A stretch of 64,000 nucleotides of DNA from Octopus vulgaris (lineage: Eukaryota). The notes under the pieces were generated by a model, which saw only the letters and a program-made list of their open reading frames with translations, searched no databases and was not told the origin of the DNA. Positions 12,141-27,789 of this stretch are shown in pieces. The position numbers were made by a program, and so were the translations under genes. Numbering within the stretch: position 1 is the stretch's first letter; the number at the start of each line of letters is the position of its first letter. The stretch covers positions 6,448,001 through 6,512,000 of the forward strand of contig OX597839.1 of NCBI GenBank assembly GCA_951406725.2, given 5' to 3'.

Positions 12141-12350
12141 GTGTTTGTCCTCCCAACATCGCTTGACAACCGATGCTGGTGTGTTTACGTCCCCGTAACT
12201 TAGCGGTTCGGCAGAACAGACCGATAGAATAGGTACTAGGCTTACAAAGAATAAGTCCTGGGGGGTCGATTTGCTCGACTAAAGGCGGTGCTCCAGCATG
12301 GCCACAGTCAAATGACTGAAACAAGTAAAAGAGTAAAAGAGAGTAAAGAG
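11946..12350 (+). mobile_element. tRNA-derived SINE family B (CORE-like), full length
   Basis: A box TGGCTGTGTGG, B box GGTTCAGTCCC, CORE-like ACCTTGGGCAGGTG, internal (TA)/(TG) microsatellite, tail GGCGGTGCTCCAGCATGGCC..(GTAAAAGA)n. Confidence 0.85.
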
Positions 12351-12365
12351 TATACATACATACAA

Positions 12366-12667
12366 CACCGTGATCACCGTGACCGACCAGGCTATCAGAT
12401 GTTGCTACACATCGCTGCTCACAATGCACTTCGCACTGTTTTAGCCTTCAAATGACGCCACCCCGCTGGCTAAGCAAGCAGGCCAACAGAAGAAAGAATG
12501 AGAGAAAGTTGTGGCGAAAGAGTACAGCAGGGATGCCCCCCCTCCTACCGGAGACTCGTGGAGCTTTTAGGTGTTTTCGCTCAATAGACACTCACAACGC
12601 CCGGTCCGGGAATCGAAACCGCGATCCTACGATCGTAGGTCCGTTGCCCTAACCACTAGGCCATTAT
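12366..12667 (-). mobile_element. SINE family A head with tail type 2
   Basis: Head as at 1840, then the sequence switches to TTCTGTTGGCCTGC..GGTCACGGTGATCACGGTG. Confidence 0.8.
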
Positions 12668-12677
12668 GACTCCACAC

Positions 12678-13070
12678 ATGCATACATACATACATACATA
12701 CATACATACATACATACATACATACATACATACATACATACATACATACATACATACATACATACATACATACATACATACATACATACATACATACATA
12801 CATACATACATACATACATACATACATACATACATGCATACATACATACATAAATACATACATACATACATACATACATACATACATACATACATACATA
12901 CATACATACATACATACATACATACATACATACATACATACATACATACATACATACATACATACATACATACATGCATACATACATACATACAAACATA
13001 CATACATACATACATACATGCATACATACATACATGCATGCATACATACATACGTACATACACACACACA
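12678..13070. repeat. (ATAC)n microsatellite
   Basis: Direct reading. Confidence 0.95.
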
Positions 13071-13559
13071 CGCGCACTCCACTGCCGTTGTTAGGTGGTG
13101 ACATATTGGACAAACATTCTCTATGAATTTAAACGCTGCTTTTTATTTACCGAAATCAAACACGGAAAAAACAAATCTTGAGTACACCCTTCTTTGTTAA
13201 TAGCCATCTTATTCCTCACACACAAACTCTCTAATACAATTACGCACACATATGTATGTATATTCATATACATATAACTGTGTGCGTTTATGTATGACTT
13301 GTCCGTTCATCAGCGGCCACCTTTCAACCGGTGCTCACTCCTATTAATATATTAATCTGTTTAGGAATTTGAATCATGTTCGTAGATGCATGTTCACACA
13401 TGCTCCTTGACATACCTTACGTATACATACAGTGACACATACACACACACACACACACACATATATATACGTCTGTCAAAGTATGCATATACACATGTAT
13501 ATATATATACATAAGCACGTACGTACACAAACACATTTGCACACAAATATGTATGTGTG

Positions 13560-14680
<1,121 letters not shown>

Positions 14681-14907
14681 GGAACATAAACCTGTCATTA
14701 TTATTTAATACTCACTCTTGAAATCTCGCCCACATATAAAACATACATGCAAACGCACTAATATTTATATACGTATATTCCACAAACACACTCTCACCCC
14801 CTCATAAATATATATACATACATACGCACCTATATGGATATGTGTTTTCAGAGAGAAAAGTAAAAAACTTGAAAGGAAGGGATTTTATGTGTGTATATAT
14901 GTGTGGT

Positions 14908-15287
14908 GGAGGCGCAATGGACCAGTGGTTAGGGCAGTGGACTCGCGGTTATAGGATCGCGGTTTCGATTCCCAGATCGTGCGTTGTGAGTGTTTATTGA
15001 GCGAAAACACCTTAAAGCTCCACGAGGCTCCGGCAGGGGATGGTGGTGATCCCTGCTGTACTCTTTCACCACAACTTTCTCTCACTCTTACTTCCTGTTT
15101 CTGTTGTATCTGTATTTCAAGGGGCCGGCCTTGTCACTCTCTGTGTCACGCTGAATATCCCCGAGAACTACGTTAAGGGTGCACGTGTCTGTGGAGTGCT
15201 CAGCCACTTACACGTTAATTTCACGAGCAGGCTGTTCCGTTGATTCGGATCAACCGGAACCCTCATCGTCGTAACCGACGGAGTGCT
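14908..15287 (+). mobile_element. SINE family A, tail type 1
   Basis: Near-identical to 1840-2224. Confidence 0.85.
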
Positions 15288-15595
15288 AAGGGGGGTCCCA
15301 TGTATGTGTGAGTGTGCACATACATATACTTACCTACAGACATATACAAATCATTTATCTGTGACAGAAGCTGTCTTAATAACAAAAAGGTAATCTCTAC
15401 ACCCAACTTAACGTGGATGTCCACCAAATACCGCGTTATTAACTTCGAATATGTGTTGCTATCTCTATCTCATTTTCTCTGTGTGTTTGTGTTTGTATTT
15501 CTGTTTGTCCATCTATACCACTTGACAACCTCTGTTGCTTTGCTTACGTTCCCGTAAAATAGCGGTTCGGCCAAAGACACCGGGGAATAAATACT

Positions 15596-16018
15596 GGATC
15601 TCTTCGGTTTGAACGGCAGTTTTTAAAAATAATTTCCACGTAACTAAACACTTTTAAACTTCGTATACTGGTAGAATGTGTTTATAAAACATCTTTTTCT
15701 CTTCGCTTTATTGAGAAAATTCTATAGTTTGTAAGATATATGATGTTTTTTTCTGCAATTTCTGCAATTTCAACCAATCAATGACGTTTATTGAGGTGAA
15801 AACATTCTGTGCCGTGTGAATATGTCCCTCATTTAAGAAACAGATTGGGTCTATTTACATTTCTGAAGAAAAAAAAGATACTCTTCCCCCCACCCCTAAC
15901 CCTAACCCTAACCCTAAAACAGATTGAAATGCAATAGATCGATACTAGGGTCATAATTATGGGTGACAATTTTATATGACTCAGCTAGAAAAAACTGCCG
16001 TTTAAACCGAAAAGATCC
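15596..16018. mobile_element. 423-bp MITE with telomeric (CCCTAA)n, inserted into an old SINE B tail
   Basis: TIRs GGATCTCTTCGGTTTGAACGGCAGTTTTT / AAAAACTGCCGTTTAAACCGAAAAGATCC. Perfect 8-bp TSD TAAATACT at 15588-15595 and 16019-16026. Confidence 0.9.
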
Positions 16019-16891
16019 TAAATACTAGACTGAAAAACACTGTTCGACTATCCCCGTCAAAACAGTGCCCCAGCATGACCGCAGTCCAGAGACTGAAACA
16101 ATTATGTGGTAAACGATAAAAATTAAATTCCCAAACCTAATCATTTTCCACACTTAAGATTTTTCCCGCTAATGAATCATTATTCACACATATCTTCGAC
16201 ACGGAGCTGGCACGTCATGGCTGGAACGTCTTTCATCCTAGGTTTGCAAGATTAGGACTGAACAGGGGCTATATAACAAGGACAGTCACCATAACAACCA
16301 AATATATAGACCGGGTACGTTAAAGGGTGGTCGGTTAGTAGCGTAGACCGAATTTTCTGTAATTAATTGTCGCTATATTCACCCGGTTTTTAAAAAAAAC
16401 CCTAAATCTGACAGCGTTGTCCTTTTGCTCTTTGGATATTGAATAGAGGGATTAATACAGGACAGGGGAAGGGACCCTTGATTATTCACCCAACTTTTTT
16501 TTTGTGGGGGGGGGGGTACTTTGTGTGATGGTTGTTGGGGTGGTGGTGGTGGTGGTGGCGTGGGAGAGGGATTATAGAATTTTATTGGTTTCTAGCTTTT
16601 TCTTTTAATTCTCTCTTTATCTCCCACACTTCTTCTTCTTCTTCCTCCTCCTCCTCCTCTTCATTTATCTATTTATCTATCTATCTATCTATCTATCTAC
16701 CTACCTACCTACATACCTACCTTCCTACCTACCTTCCTACCTACCTATCTATCTACCTATCTATCTAGCTATCTAGTTGTCGGTCTGTCTGTCTCTTTGT
16801 ATTAATCCTTCTCTCTTTATCTCGACATAAGCATGAATGCATACACACACATGTATGTATGTACACACATATATGTATATATATATACACA

Positions 16892-18315
16892 CACACGTGA
16901 ATATGTGAATATATATTGATACATATCTACATATGTGTATACATACATATATATATATATATATGCACATACATATATATATATGCGTATATATATGTAT
17001 GTACATAAACGTATAAATACCATTAATATTTAAAATGTAAATAAGTAGAACAGAAAAAATTCCATCGCCTATCATATAAATATCTCCTCCCCTCAACTAT
17101 ACATACATACATATATATATATAAGTTGTTAGGTGGGTTTCATAATAAAATATCTGAACCTTTTAAGGAAATAGTTTTGGTAGGACCAGTGTCATCGTGA
17201 GGATGGTTGTGGTGGTGGTGGTAGTGGAGGTGGTGGCGATGTTGTTATTGTTGTTGGTGGTGGGCATATGATGGTGATGGTAGTGGGACTTTTCATTTTG
17301 TTGGTTTATTGTTGGTGGTGTTGCTGTTGTTTGAAATTGTTGTAGGTGGTGTTTGTTCTTGTGACGTGGTGTTGTTGTGGTTTGTGGTGGTGGAGGCGCT
17401 GCTGCTGCTGCTGTTGCTGTTGAGTGTAGCGGTCTTCGTCCCATAGCTTTCAAGATCGCGCCTCAGGAGAAGTCCGAAACGTGGTCCTTTGCTATTCGTA
17501 AGACCCGCAGAAGAGAACGCAGGTCAAACCCCGACAACGAGAGCATCGACGGATGAATGAATGCGCATCCAGGCTCACACGTGAATATGTGAATATATAT
17601 TGATACATATCTACATATGTGTATACATACATATATATATATATATGCACATACATATATATATATGCGTATATATATGTATGTACATAAACGTATAAAT
17701 ACCATTAATATTTAAAATGTAAATAAGTAGAACAGAAAAATTCCATCGCCTATCATATAAATATCTCCTCCCCTCAACTATACATACATACATATATATA
17801 TATATAAGTTGTTAGGTGGGTTTCATAATAAAATATCTGAACCTTTTAAGGAAATAGTTTTGGTAGGACCAGTGTCATCGTGAGGATGGTTGTGGTGGTG
17901 GTGGTAGTGGAGGTGGTGGTAGTGGAGGTGATGATGGTGGCGATGGTGGTGGTGGTGGGAGTGATGGTGGTGGCGATGTTGTTATTGTTGTTGGTGGTGG
18001 GCATATGATGGTGATGGTAGTGGGACTTTTCATTTTGTTGGTTTATTGTTGGTGGTGTTGCTGTTGTTTGAAATTGTTGTAGGTGGTGTTTGTTCTTGTG
18101 ACGTGGTGTTGTTGTGGTTTGTGGTGGTGGAGGCGCTGCTGCTGCTGCTGTTGCTGTTGAGTGTAGCGGTCTTCGTCCCATAGCTTTCAAGATCGCGCCT
18201 CAAGGAGAAGTCCGAAACGTGGTCCTTTGCTATTCGTAAGACCCGCAGAAGAGAACGCAGGTCAAACCCCGACAACGAGAGCATCGACGGATGAATGAAT
18301 GCGCATCCAGGCTCA
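16892..18315. repeat. Near-identical tandem duplication (units of 684 and 740 bp)
   Basis: CACACGTGAATATGTG at 16892 and 17576. The breakpoint lies inside a SINE tail with CA microhomology. Confidence 0.92.
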
Positions 18316-18525
18316 AGCGGTTGCGCAGGAAGTCGGGGGACAAGAAACAGGAAGAAAGAGTGAGAGAAAGTTGGAGCGAAAGAACACAACAGGAGTCAAC
18401 ACCAGCCACGTGGAGCTATAGGCGTTTTCGCTCAATAAACACACACAACGCTCGGTCTGGGAATCGAAACCGCGATCCTCCGACCGCGAGTCCGCTGCCC
18501 TAACCATTGGGCCATTGCACCTCCA
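18159..18525 (-). mobile_element. SINE family A head with tail type 3
   Basis: Family A head followed by a distinct GC-rich tail ending ..GACGAAGACCGCTACACTC, with (CTG)n flanks. Partial duplicate at ~17421-17577. Confidence 0.8.
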
Positions 18526-19559
18526 CTGCTGCTGCTGTTTGTAATGGTGGTTTGTTCGATAGTTGTTGGTATGGTGGTGGTACTTGTGACGGCGGTGTGG
18601 TGCTTGTGATACTGATGGTATTAGTGACGTTGGTGATAGCTATTGCGTTGGTGGCGGCGTGGTTGTTATGGCGGTGATGTTGGTGACGGCGTTGATGTAG
18701 CTGTAATAGTGGAAATCATGGTGGTGGTGGTGATGGTGGTGTGTTTGTAGTAGCAATATTAATTCCAATGGTTCTAGCTACAGCGTCGGCGCTAATAGCG
18801 ATGGTGCTTACGTTAGTGGCAGCAGTAACAAAACTAGTGTCGTAGGTGGAGTGGCTGCAGCTGATGGCCTAGTAGCGGTGTTAGTGGTAGATAGTGTAAT
18901 GAGGTGGAGATGGTAGTTTCTGCAACGGAGACGGTGGCCGCCATTATCGTTGCCACCACCGCAATCACTACTGTACCACGCCCCCTCAAACTCAGTTTGA
19001 CTACTCCCCTATTACTCACACCCTACTTAACCAATCTCCCACCACCTCTCTCAACACCCCTTATCTATTTCCTTGTGCTCACACCACCACCACCATCAAC
19101 TACACTTGCCACCATCATTACCACCCACCTCTTGCGACTACCTGTCCTCCAATCGTACCAGTTCTACCCCCATCCACCCGTAACATCGAATTTACCTTGT
19201 GTTTGTTATGTTACTGTGATAAATATTTAAAAAATAACTTTAAAAATTAATTTTACAAAAATAAGAAATAAAAATAAATAGAAAATAATAATGTTTTTTT
19301 TTTCTAGTCTTAAATGTTATTTCCAAAGATCGATAATTTCAATTTGATGTGATTGAAACAATATTTTCAATAATTCTATTGATTTTTCTATCTCCCTACA
19401 TGTGATATTCATGTGTGTATATACGTGTGTGTATATACGTGCGTGTATGTATGGTTATATGTGTGTCTATGGTCATATAAATATACGTCAGAATGTGTAC
19501 ATGCGTACATAAATACATAGATAGATGCTATCTGAGCGTGTATGTGCATGTAACTATAT

Positions 19560-20420
<861 letters not shown>

Positions 20421-21077
20421 ATGTGTATACGCGGTAGGTAAGAAGCCTTCAATGGGTATTCGGACATGAATATGATAGCTGTATAAGATTCCGGTCATAC
20501 ATATACGCATATTGTCTTGAATCTGTGCTGTACGTAAAAATGTATAACAAGAGTTGATGTGTGGTAAGTAGCTTGCTTACCTTTGTCGTGGAAAGTCGTC
20601 TTTTTTGGGGGGCGGTGAGTCAAACGTTTTGTTGCACGTGGATAATTTTTTTCTATTGGAATTGTCGTCTATTGTTGAATATTTTCGAAATGTTAAACAT
20701 TGTTGAACTTTGAAAATTTTTGTGCTTTTTCCCGGAGACGGGAGAAAGTAATTGTTGAAACATTGAAATTATTAATATTGAACTTATTAATATTATTAAT
20801 ATTGAACTTATTAAATCCGTTGTAGGCTTTATTGTCGTGCCCCCCTCCCCCAGCGGGGGTGGCATTTGAACTGTTATCCCCATTAAAAGGAAAAAAATAT
20901 TATAGGTTTCCGGTTTTTCTAGCAATTTATTATTGCTAGGAAAATTGAATTTTGGCCGTTGTGGGCTCTATTGTGGAATCCGCCGCTAGCGTGGGCGAGA
21001 TTTGAACTGTTGTCCTCGTTGTGAGGAAAAAAACTATAGGTTTCCTGTTTTTGGGGATTCTGTATTCATATATATAT

Positions 21078-21455
21078 ACTCTTTTACTCTTTTACTTGTT
21101 TCAGTCATTTGACTGCGGCCATGCTGGAGCACCGCCTTTAGTCGAGCAAATCGATCCCGGGACTTATTCTTTGTAAGCCCAGTACCTATTCTATCGGTCT
21201 CTTTGCCGAACCGCTAAGTGACGGGGACGTAAACACACCAGCATCGGTTGTCAGACAATGCTAGGGGGACAAACACACACACACATATATATATACATAT
21301 ATACGACAGGCTTCTTTCAGTTTCCGTCTACCAAATCCACTCACAAGGCATTGGTCGGCCCGGGGCTATAGCAGAAGACACTTGCCCAAGATGCCACGCA
21401 GTGGGACTGAACCCGGAACCATGTGGTTGGTAAACAAGCTACTTACCACACAGCT
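21078..21455 (-). mobile_element. SINE family B (head segment repeated at 21728-21828)
   Basis: Match to family B. Confidence 0.85.
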
Positions 21456-21658
21456 ACTAATATAATATACACATATATATTTAAAAATAAATGTGTATAT
21501 ATATGTATATATATGTATATATAACATACACATATATATTTATAAATAAATGTGTATATATATATATATATATGATATTATATATTATTTGTATTTAATA
21601 TGTGTATATATATGTATATATATGTATATATAACATACACATATATATTTATAAATAA

Positions 21659-21709
<51 letters not shown>

Positions 21710-22176
21710 ATTATATATTAATTGTATATAGCAGAAGACACTTGCCCAAGATGCCACGCAGTGGGACTGAACCCGGAACCATGTGGTTGGTTAGCAAGCT
21801 ACTTACCACACAGCCACTCCTGCGCCTATATATATATATATATATAATTTAAAAGAAAATGTGCAGTAAATAAACAATCGAACATATAAAATACACAGAC
21901 TGGCAGAAAACACAGAATGTCACCCACATTTCATCAGTTATCGGCCAGAGTGTCAAACGCAATTTCTGCTATTATCGATAATATTGCTTCCAATCTGGAA
22001 GCGCCGACAAGAAACTTGCCGGCAATGGAACCCAAACATAACAAAACGACACGGGCTCGAGACGAGGCCGTTAGTGGACGGAAGAGGGACAAAATAGTAA
22101 ACATATATATACATACATATATATACATGTATGCATATATATATATATATGTATGTAATATATATATATATAAAAT

Positions 22177-22249
<73 letters not shown>

Positions 22250-22344
22250 ATAAATATGTATATATATATTTATACATAATTATTATTATTACTATTATTA
22301 TTATTATTATTGTTATTATTATTATTGTTGTTGTTGTTTTTACG

Positions 22345-22605
22345 TATTGGTTTTGTATTCATATTCGTGTAACATCGTCCGTTTTCCCGTCCTTGTTTTG
22401 TATGCACTCTAAGCTTTTTTTCAAGGAATCTAATGCGCTTAGCTTAGTTTTTTCTTGGGCTGGCCAGATTGGAGCAATCTCAAGATTAATCAGCCGAAAT
22501 TGCGAGGATGATCCGGTTCTTGACTGAAGATTGAAGGCTTCAAATGTCCCATCCGTGTTTTCTGTATCGTTTTCTAAATGTTTTGCGTTCTTGTCCCAGT
22601 TTTGG
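22345..22605 (+). mobile_element. Penelope-like fragment family F
   Basis: Same sequence occurs on the minus strand at 58372-58503 and 58710-58835. CTGAAGA..GAAG-G-CTTC degenerate core. Fused to an E1 copy. Confidence 0.55.
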
Positions 22606-22609
22606 ATCT

Positions 22610-22752
22610 TTCCTTTTTCTATGTTTCTGACAAAGAGCTCCGCTCGAAACGTTAAACCCTCCTTCTTCCCTTCCTTCCTGAGCGTCCAATAATACTATAT
22701 TTGTTCCACGTCCTCGCGTTGTGTTTTTTTCTTTGTGTTTTCATGTTTGGAT

Positions 22753-22760
<8 letters not shown>
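22610..22760 (+). mobile_element. Penelope-like family E1 (hammerhead-like motif 22623-22657)
   Basis: GUUU-CUGACAA-A-GAGC-UCC-GCUC-GAA-ACGU-U-AAAC, ending in (TA)n. Confidence 0.7.
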
Positions 22761-22788
<28 letters not shown>

Positions 22789-23570
22789 ACATGCTACTTT
22801 CGGTTTCCGTCTACTAAACCCACTCAATATGCTTTGATCGGCCCGAAGTTATAATAGAAGACACTTGCCCAAGGTGCCACCCAGTGAAACTGTACACCGA
22901 ACTGTGTAGTTGGGACTTCTTACCTCACAGCCATGCCTGCGTCTATAGATGTATAATTAATAAATTTATGAGTTAAGGAAGTGAGATAGAATTTTATTAT
23001 CAAATATGTGTAGGAATGAGTGTGCGTAGATATGCTTGTGCTGGTGTTCGTGCGCGACTGAGTGAGGCTCTGTGCGCGTGTGTATGTTTGTGCGCGTGTG
23101 CGTGCGTGTGTGTGTGTGTGTGTGTGTACGCATGCGTGTGTGTGTCTGCATCAATCAGTGATATTAGAATATAGATTGTATAAGTGGCAGGAAATAAAAG
23201 TCATTTCTTTTAGAGACCTAGTGATAAATATATTTGTTTTTAATGAGGTTCAAGACTTATTATTGTAATGGTAATTATATTGGACGCACTCACACGCACG
23301 CGGAGGTATACACACAGACACACACACACATACACACAGACGCACAAACATGCATATGCTACCAAACTATCATTTATAAACACCTACATACTCACATACA
23401 CATATATATGCATGTATGTGTGTATATATATATATCTGTGTGTATATCTATACATGTATGTATATGTATGTATATGTGTTTGTGTATATATATATTTGTA
23501 TATATATGCATATGTGTATATATATATATATATTTATGTATATATATATATATATGTATGTATGCATGTT

Positions 23571-23606
<36 letters not shown>

Positions 23607-23900
23607 AATACATATATATATATACATATATATATATTTCTATATTTATATATATATATGTGTATATATACATATATATATATGTATATATATATATACA
23701 CATATACATACAGACAGGCACGCAGACATGTATATACGTATGTTTGTACAACATTTCTAGGAATGTGTGTATATATGTTTAATGTTTAATATCTAAACGT
23801 GTTTCTCTCTCGATACATTTCCACATGGCTGAGTGTATATCTGTATATATATATATATATATATATATACTCTTACTCTTTACTCTTTTACTTTACTTTT

Positions 23901-23991
<91 letters not shown>

Positions 23992-24056
23992 TATATATAT
24001 ATATATGACTACAACATACGTGCATACATACGTACAAACATACTTACATATGTATG

Positions 24057-24122
<66 letters not shown>

Positions 24123-24647
24123 CAGAAATATTGTCCTATATCTGTGCTGAAGTGTTATAATAGAAATTGTCTTCTTAAAAATGAAAAAAAAAAAAATCTC
24201 ACAAAGAAACAGAAACAAAAAAAAATATAAATAAATAAAGACAAATACGTAAAAAATAAAATGGAAAAAAAAAACAACAGCATCAACAGTAAAATGACAA
24301 ACAAACAATAGAATTATCGATCACCTTGTGACATATCGATCGATCAATGTATCGGAGTAAATCAATCACTCACGAGTCATTTATCACCCCCACCCCCTCC
24401 CGCTCTCCTCCCACCCCGAGCACCATCCGCTGCTCTTCGTCCCTATCACCATCACGTCCACCACCATCATCATCAGCACCACATCCACCAGCATCACCAC
24501 CACCACCACCACCACCACCATAAGCATCACCGCCACCGCCACCACTATCAATACAATGAAGTCTTCGATTGTCATCAAATCCATTGATTTTCAGCTGTTT
24601 GTTGTTTGTTTTTTAGCTTTTGCTTTTTTGTTTTTTGTCTTTCGTTT

Positions 24648-24686
<39 letters not shown>

Positions 24687-25035
24687 ATATATATATTTAT
24701 GTATTGTTTCAATAAAACATTATTGTTAGCGATATGGTCTCGCATTTCTGGATATTTTATTCTTCATTGTTTTTTTTTTGTTGTTTTTTTATTGTTGTTT
24801 TAGTGAAGAGACACAATCATCATCATCACCATCAGTATCATACTCATCATCATCGTCACCACCATCATCGTTTTGATCTTCAAGATTTTCATCGTAAAAA
24901 AACATCATCTCAAACGTCGCTGCTGTTGTCTGCGCTGTCGGTGTCGTCAATCTCACCTTTAACTTTATTATGAACATGTTACAGCAACCGTCATTGCCAA
25001 TTCAGCATCTTCATCTTCTCTTTTTCATCTGTCTG

Positions 25036-25071
<36 letters not shown>

Positions 25072-25290
25072 GAGGCGAGCTGGCAGAAACGTTAGCACGC
25101 CGGGCGAAATGCCTAGCGGTATTTCGTCTGCCGTTACGTTCTGAGTTCAAATTCCACCGAGGTCGACTTTGCCTTTCATCCTTTCGGGGTCGATTAAATA
25201 AGTATCAGTTAATCACTGGGGTCGATGTAATCGACTTAATCCCCTTGTATTTCCCCTCTATGTTTAGCCCCTTGTGGGTAATAAAGAAAT
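25072..25290 (+). mobile_element. SINE family C monomer inside (TATC)n
   Basis: Match to family C, with (TATC)n on both sides. Confidence 0.85.
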
Positions 25291-25333
25291 ATATCTATCT
25301 ATCTATCTATCTGTCTATCTGTCTATCTGTCTG

Positions 25334-25396
<63 letters not shown>

Positions 25397-26240
25397 GTTT
25401 ATCTATCTCTCTGTCTATTTATCTACCTATCTATCTGTCAGTCTGTTTATCTACCTATTTATCCATCTGTCTATATATCTACCTATTTATTTATCTATCT
25501 ATCTATAGATAAAGAGAAAAATAGATAGATAGCTAGAAAAATAGATAGATAGATATTTCGTTTTTGGATTTGGTTTGCAAGATTCTTTATATGAGTTCGT
25601 GTGTTGAAGTATATTCTGTTATGTCTGGGGAGAGTCATTCTCTTTTGCTGCCTTATAATTTAATATACACACCGGTCAAATTTCAACTCACTTCCTTCCT
25701 TATTTTTCTAAAATTTTCGTTGCTTCTTGCAATGTTTTCAATAATAATAATAATAATACATGACAGACTTCTTTCAGCTTCCGTCTACTCAATCCTCTCA
25801 CAAGGCTCTGGTTGCCTCGTAGCTATAATAGAAGACACTTGCCCAAAGTGCCACATATTGGGACTGAACCCAGAACCATGTGGTAAAGAAGCTAGCTTCT
25901 TACCACATAGCCATGCCTGCACCTATATTCACTACTCAAGAATTATGTAAAGTTGACAAGCTATTAAGATAAATGAAAGGTTTAATGGCTGGAGATGACA
26001 GTACAGTTGCCGACACATGTTTCTGACTCGATAACCGTCATCAGCTTAATAGTTATCGCTTGTAGACAACGTACTTAGACTTACACAGAAAAGAGAAGAG
26101 CCCATTTATGATCTATTGTTTTTTTTTGTTTTTTTCTTATCTGGCATGAAGCAGTGTTAGGCTTTGTTCTCATATTTTCAGTTCTTCCTTGCTTTTCTTT
26201 TCTTCTCATGATTTTTTTCTCCTTTTCTTCCCCTTGGCAT

Positions 26241-26540
26241 GATGGCACATGGCCTAGTGGTTAGAGCAGCGGACTCGCGGTCGAGGGATCGCGGGTTCGA
26301 ATATCAGATCGGGCGATGTGTGTGTTTATGAGCGAAACACCTAAGCTCCACGTGGCTCCGGCAGAAGGTAATGGCAAAACTTCTGCTGACTCTTTTGCCA
26401 CAACTCTCTCTCACTCTTTCCTCTCGCATCTTGCAGTTCACCCGCGACGGACCGGCGTCCCGTCTAGGTGGGGAACCAATTCGCCAAGAAACCGGGAAAC
26501 CGGCCCTTATGAGCCAAGCATGGCTCGAGAAGTAACAAAC
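26241..26540 (+). mobile_element. SINE A-related head with tail type 4 (V-domain-like)
   Basis: TGGCCTAGTGG and GGTTCGAAT boxes. The segment CCCGCGACGGACCGGCGTCCCGTCTAGG..GAAACCGG resembles V-SINE domains (from memory). Confidence 0.7.
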
Positions 26541-26551
26541 CTTAGCATGAT

Positions 26552-26907
26552 ACTCCGTCGGTTACGATGACGAGGGTTCCAGTTGATCCGATCAACGGAA
26601 CAGCATACTCGTGAAATTTTAACGTGTAAGTGGCTGAGCACTTCACCGTAGCTCTCGGGGGAGATTCAGCGTGGCACAGAGTCTGACAAGGCTGGCCCTT
26701 TGAAATAAAGGTACAACAGAAACAGGAAGAAAGAGAGAATGTTGTGGTGAACGAGTACAGCAGGGTTCCCCACCACCCCCTCCCAGAGCCTCGAGGCGCT
26801 TTAGGTGTTTTCGTTCAATAAACACTCACAACGGCCGGTCTGAGAATCGAAACCGCGATCCTAAGACCACGAGTCCACTGCCCTAACCACTGGGCCATTG
26901 CGCCTCC
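26552..26907 (-). mobile_element. SINE family A, tail type 1 (internal deletion)
   Basis: Match to 1840-2224. Confidence 0.8.
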
Positions 26908-27065
26908 ACTTCCTCTTGGCAACAGCCACAAGAATAATTCGGACACTGACGACGGCAATGATAGCAGCAACAACAACAACAATAGCAATAACAACAACGA
27001 AATCAAATAATTACAACTAGAAAAATCAAAATGCCTGATTTGTACACCGCTATTCGACCCTGTAT

Positions 27066-27101
<36 letters not shown>

Positions 27102-27441
27102 TTATCTATCTATCTATTTACCTTTTCTTGAACTCGTATTTCCTTCCCATTTAAATACGCCGACGTAATCCACGCCATCGTCTCTCCTTGCCAGTCACGG
27201 TCCGCTCTTTGACCTTGTTCACGATTTGTCATAACGAGATTAACACTTGTTTCACAAAAACACACACACTTCACCTTCTGACACCATTTCCAACAACGAA
27301 GCCTGTAGACAGGCATGGATTTGTGGTTAAGAAAGTAGCGTCGTAATCACGTTGTTTTGGGTTCAGTTCCGCCGTGCGCGCGGCACCTTTGGCAAGTGTC
27401 TTCTATTACTCCCCCCACGGTTTCCTGGCCTTTTGTTCTGA

Positions 27442-27673
27442 AGGTCGGCGAGCTGGCAGAATCGTTAGCGCGCTCGGCAAAATGCGTAGCCGTATTTCGT
27501 CTGCCGTTACGTTCTGAGTTCAAATTACGCCGAGGTCGACTTTGCCTTTCATCCTTTCGGGGTCGATATGTAAAGTACCAGTTTCACACTGGGGTCGATG
27601 TAATCGACTTAATCCGTTTGTTTGTCCTTATTTGTCCCCTCTGTTTTTAGCCCCTTGTGGGCAGTAAAGAAAT
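27442..27673 (+). mobile_element. SINE family C
   Basis: Match to family C. Confidence 0.8.
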
Positions 27674-27752
27674 ATATTACAGCTACGAGCTGACCAATGC
27701 TTTATTAGTGAATTTGATACACAGAAATTATGTAGAAGCCTTATATGTACGT

Positions 27753-27788
<36 letters not shown>

Positions 27789-27789
<1 letters not shown>

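Noticed and set aside
15893-15917. True telomere or chromosome fusion scar
   Set aside because: Only 3-4 CCCTAA units, and they are internal to a MITE present three times in the window.
20600-21060. AT-rich segment with two ~110-bp internal repeats, possibly Helitron or DNA-transposon derived
   Set aside because: No termini, TSD or second full copy found in the window, so it cannot be classified.
21917-22100. Non-repetitive ORF start ([29 protein letters not shown]..)
   Set aside because: No recognisable domain, and it runs into (TA)n. More likely unique non-coding sequence.
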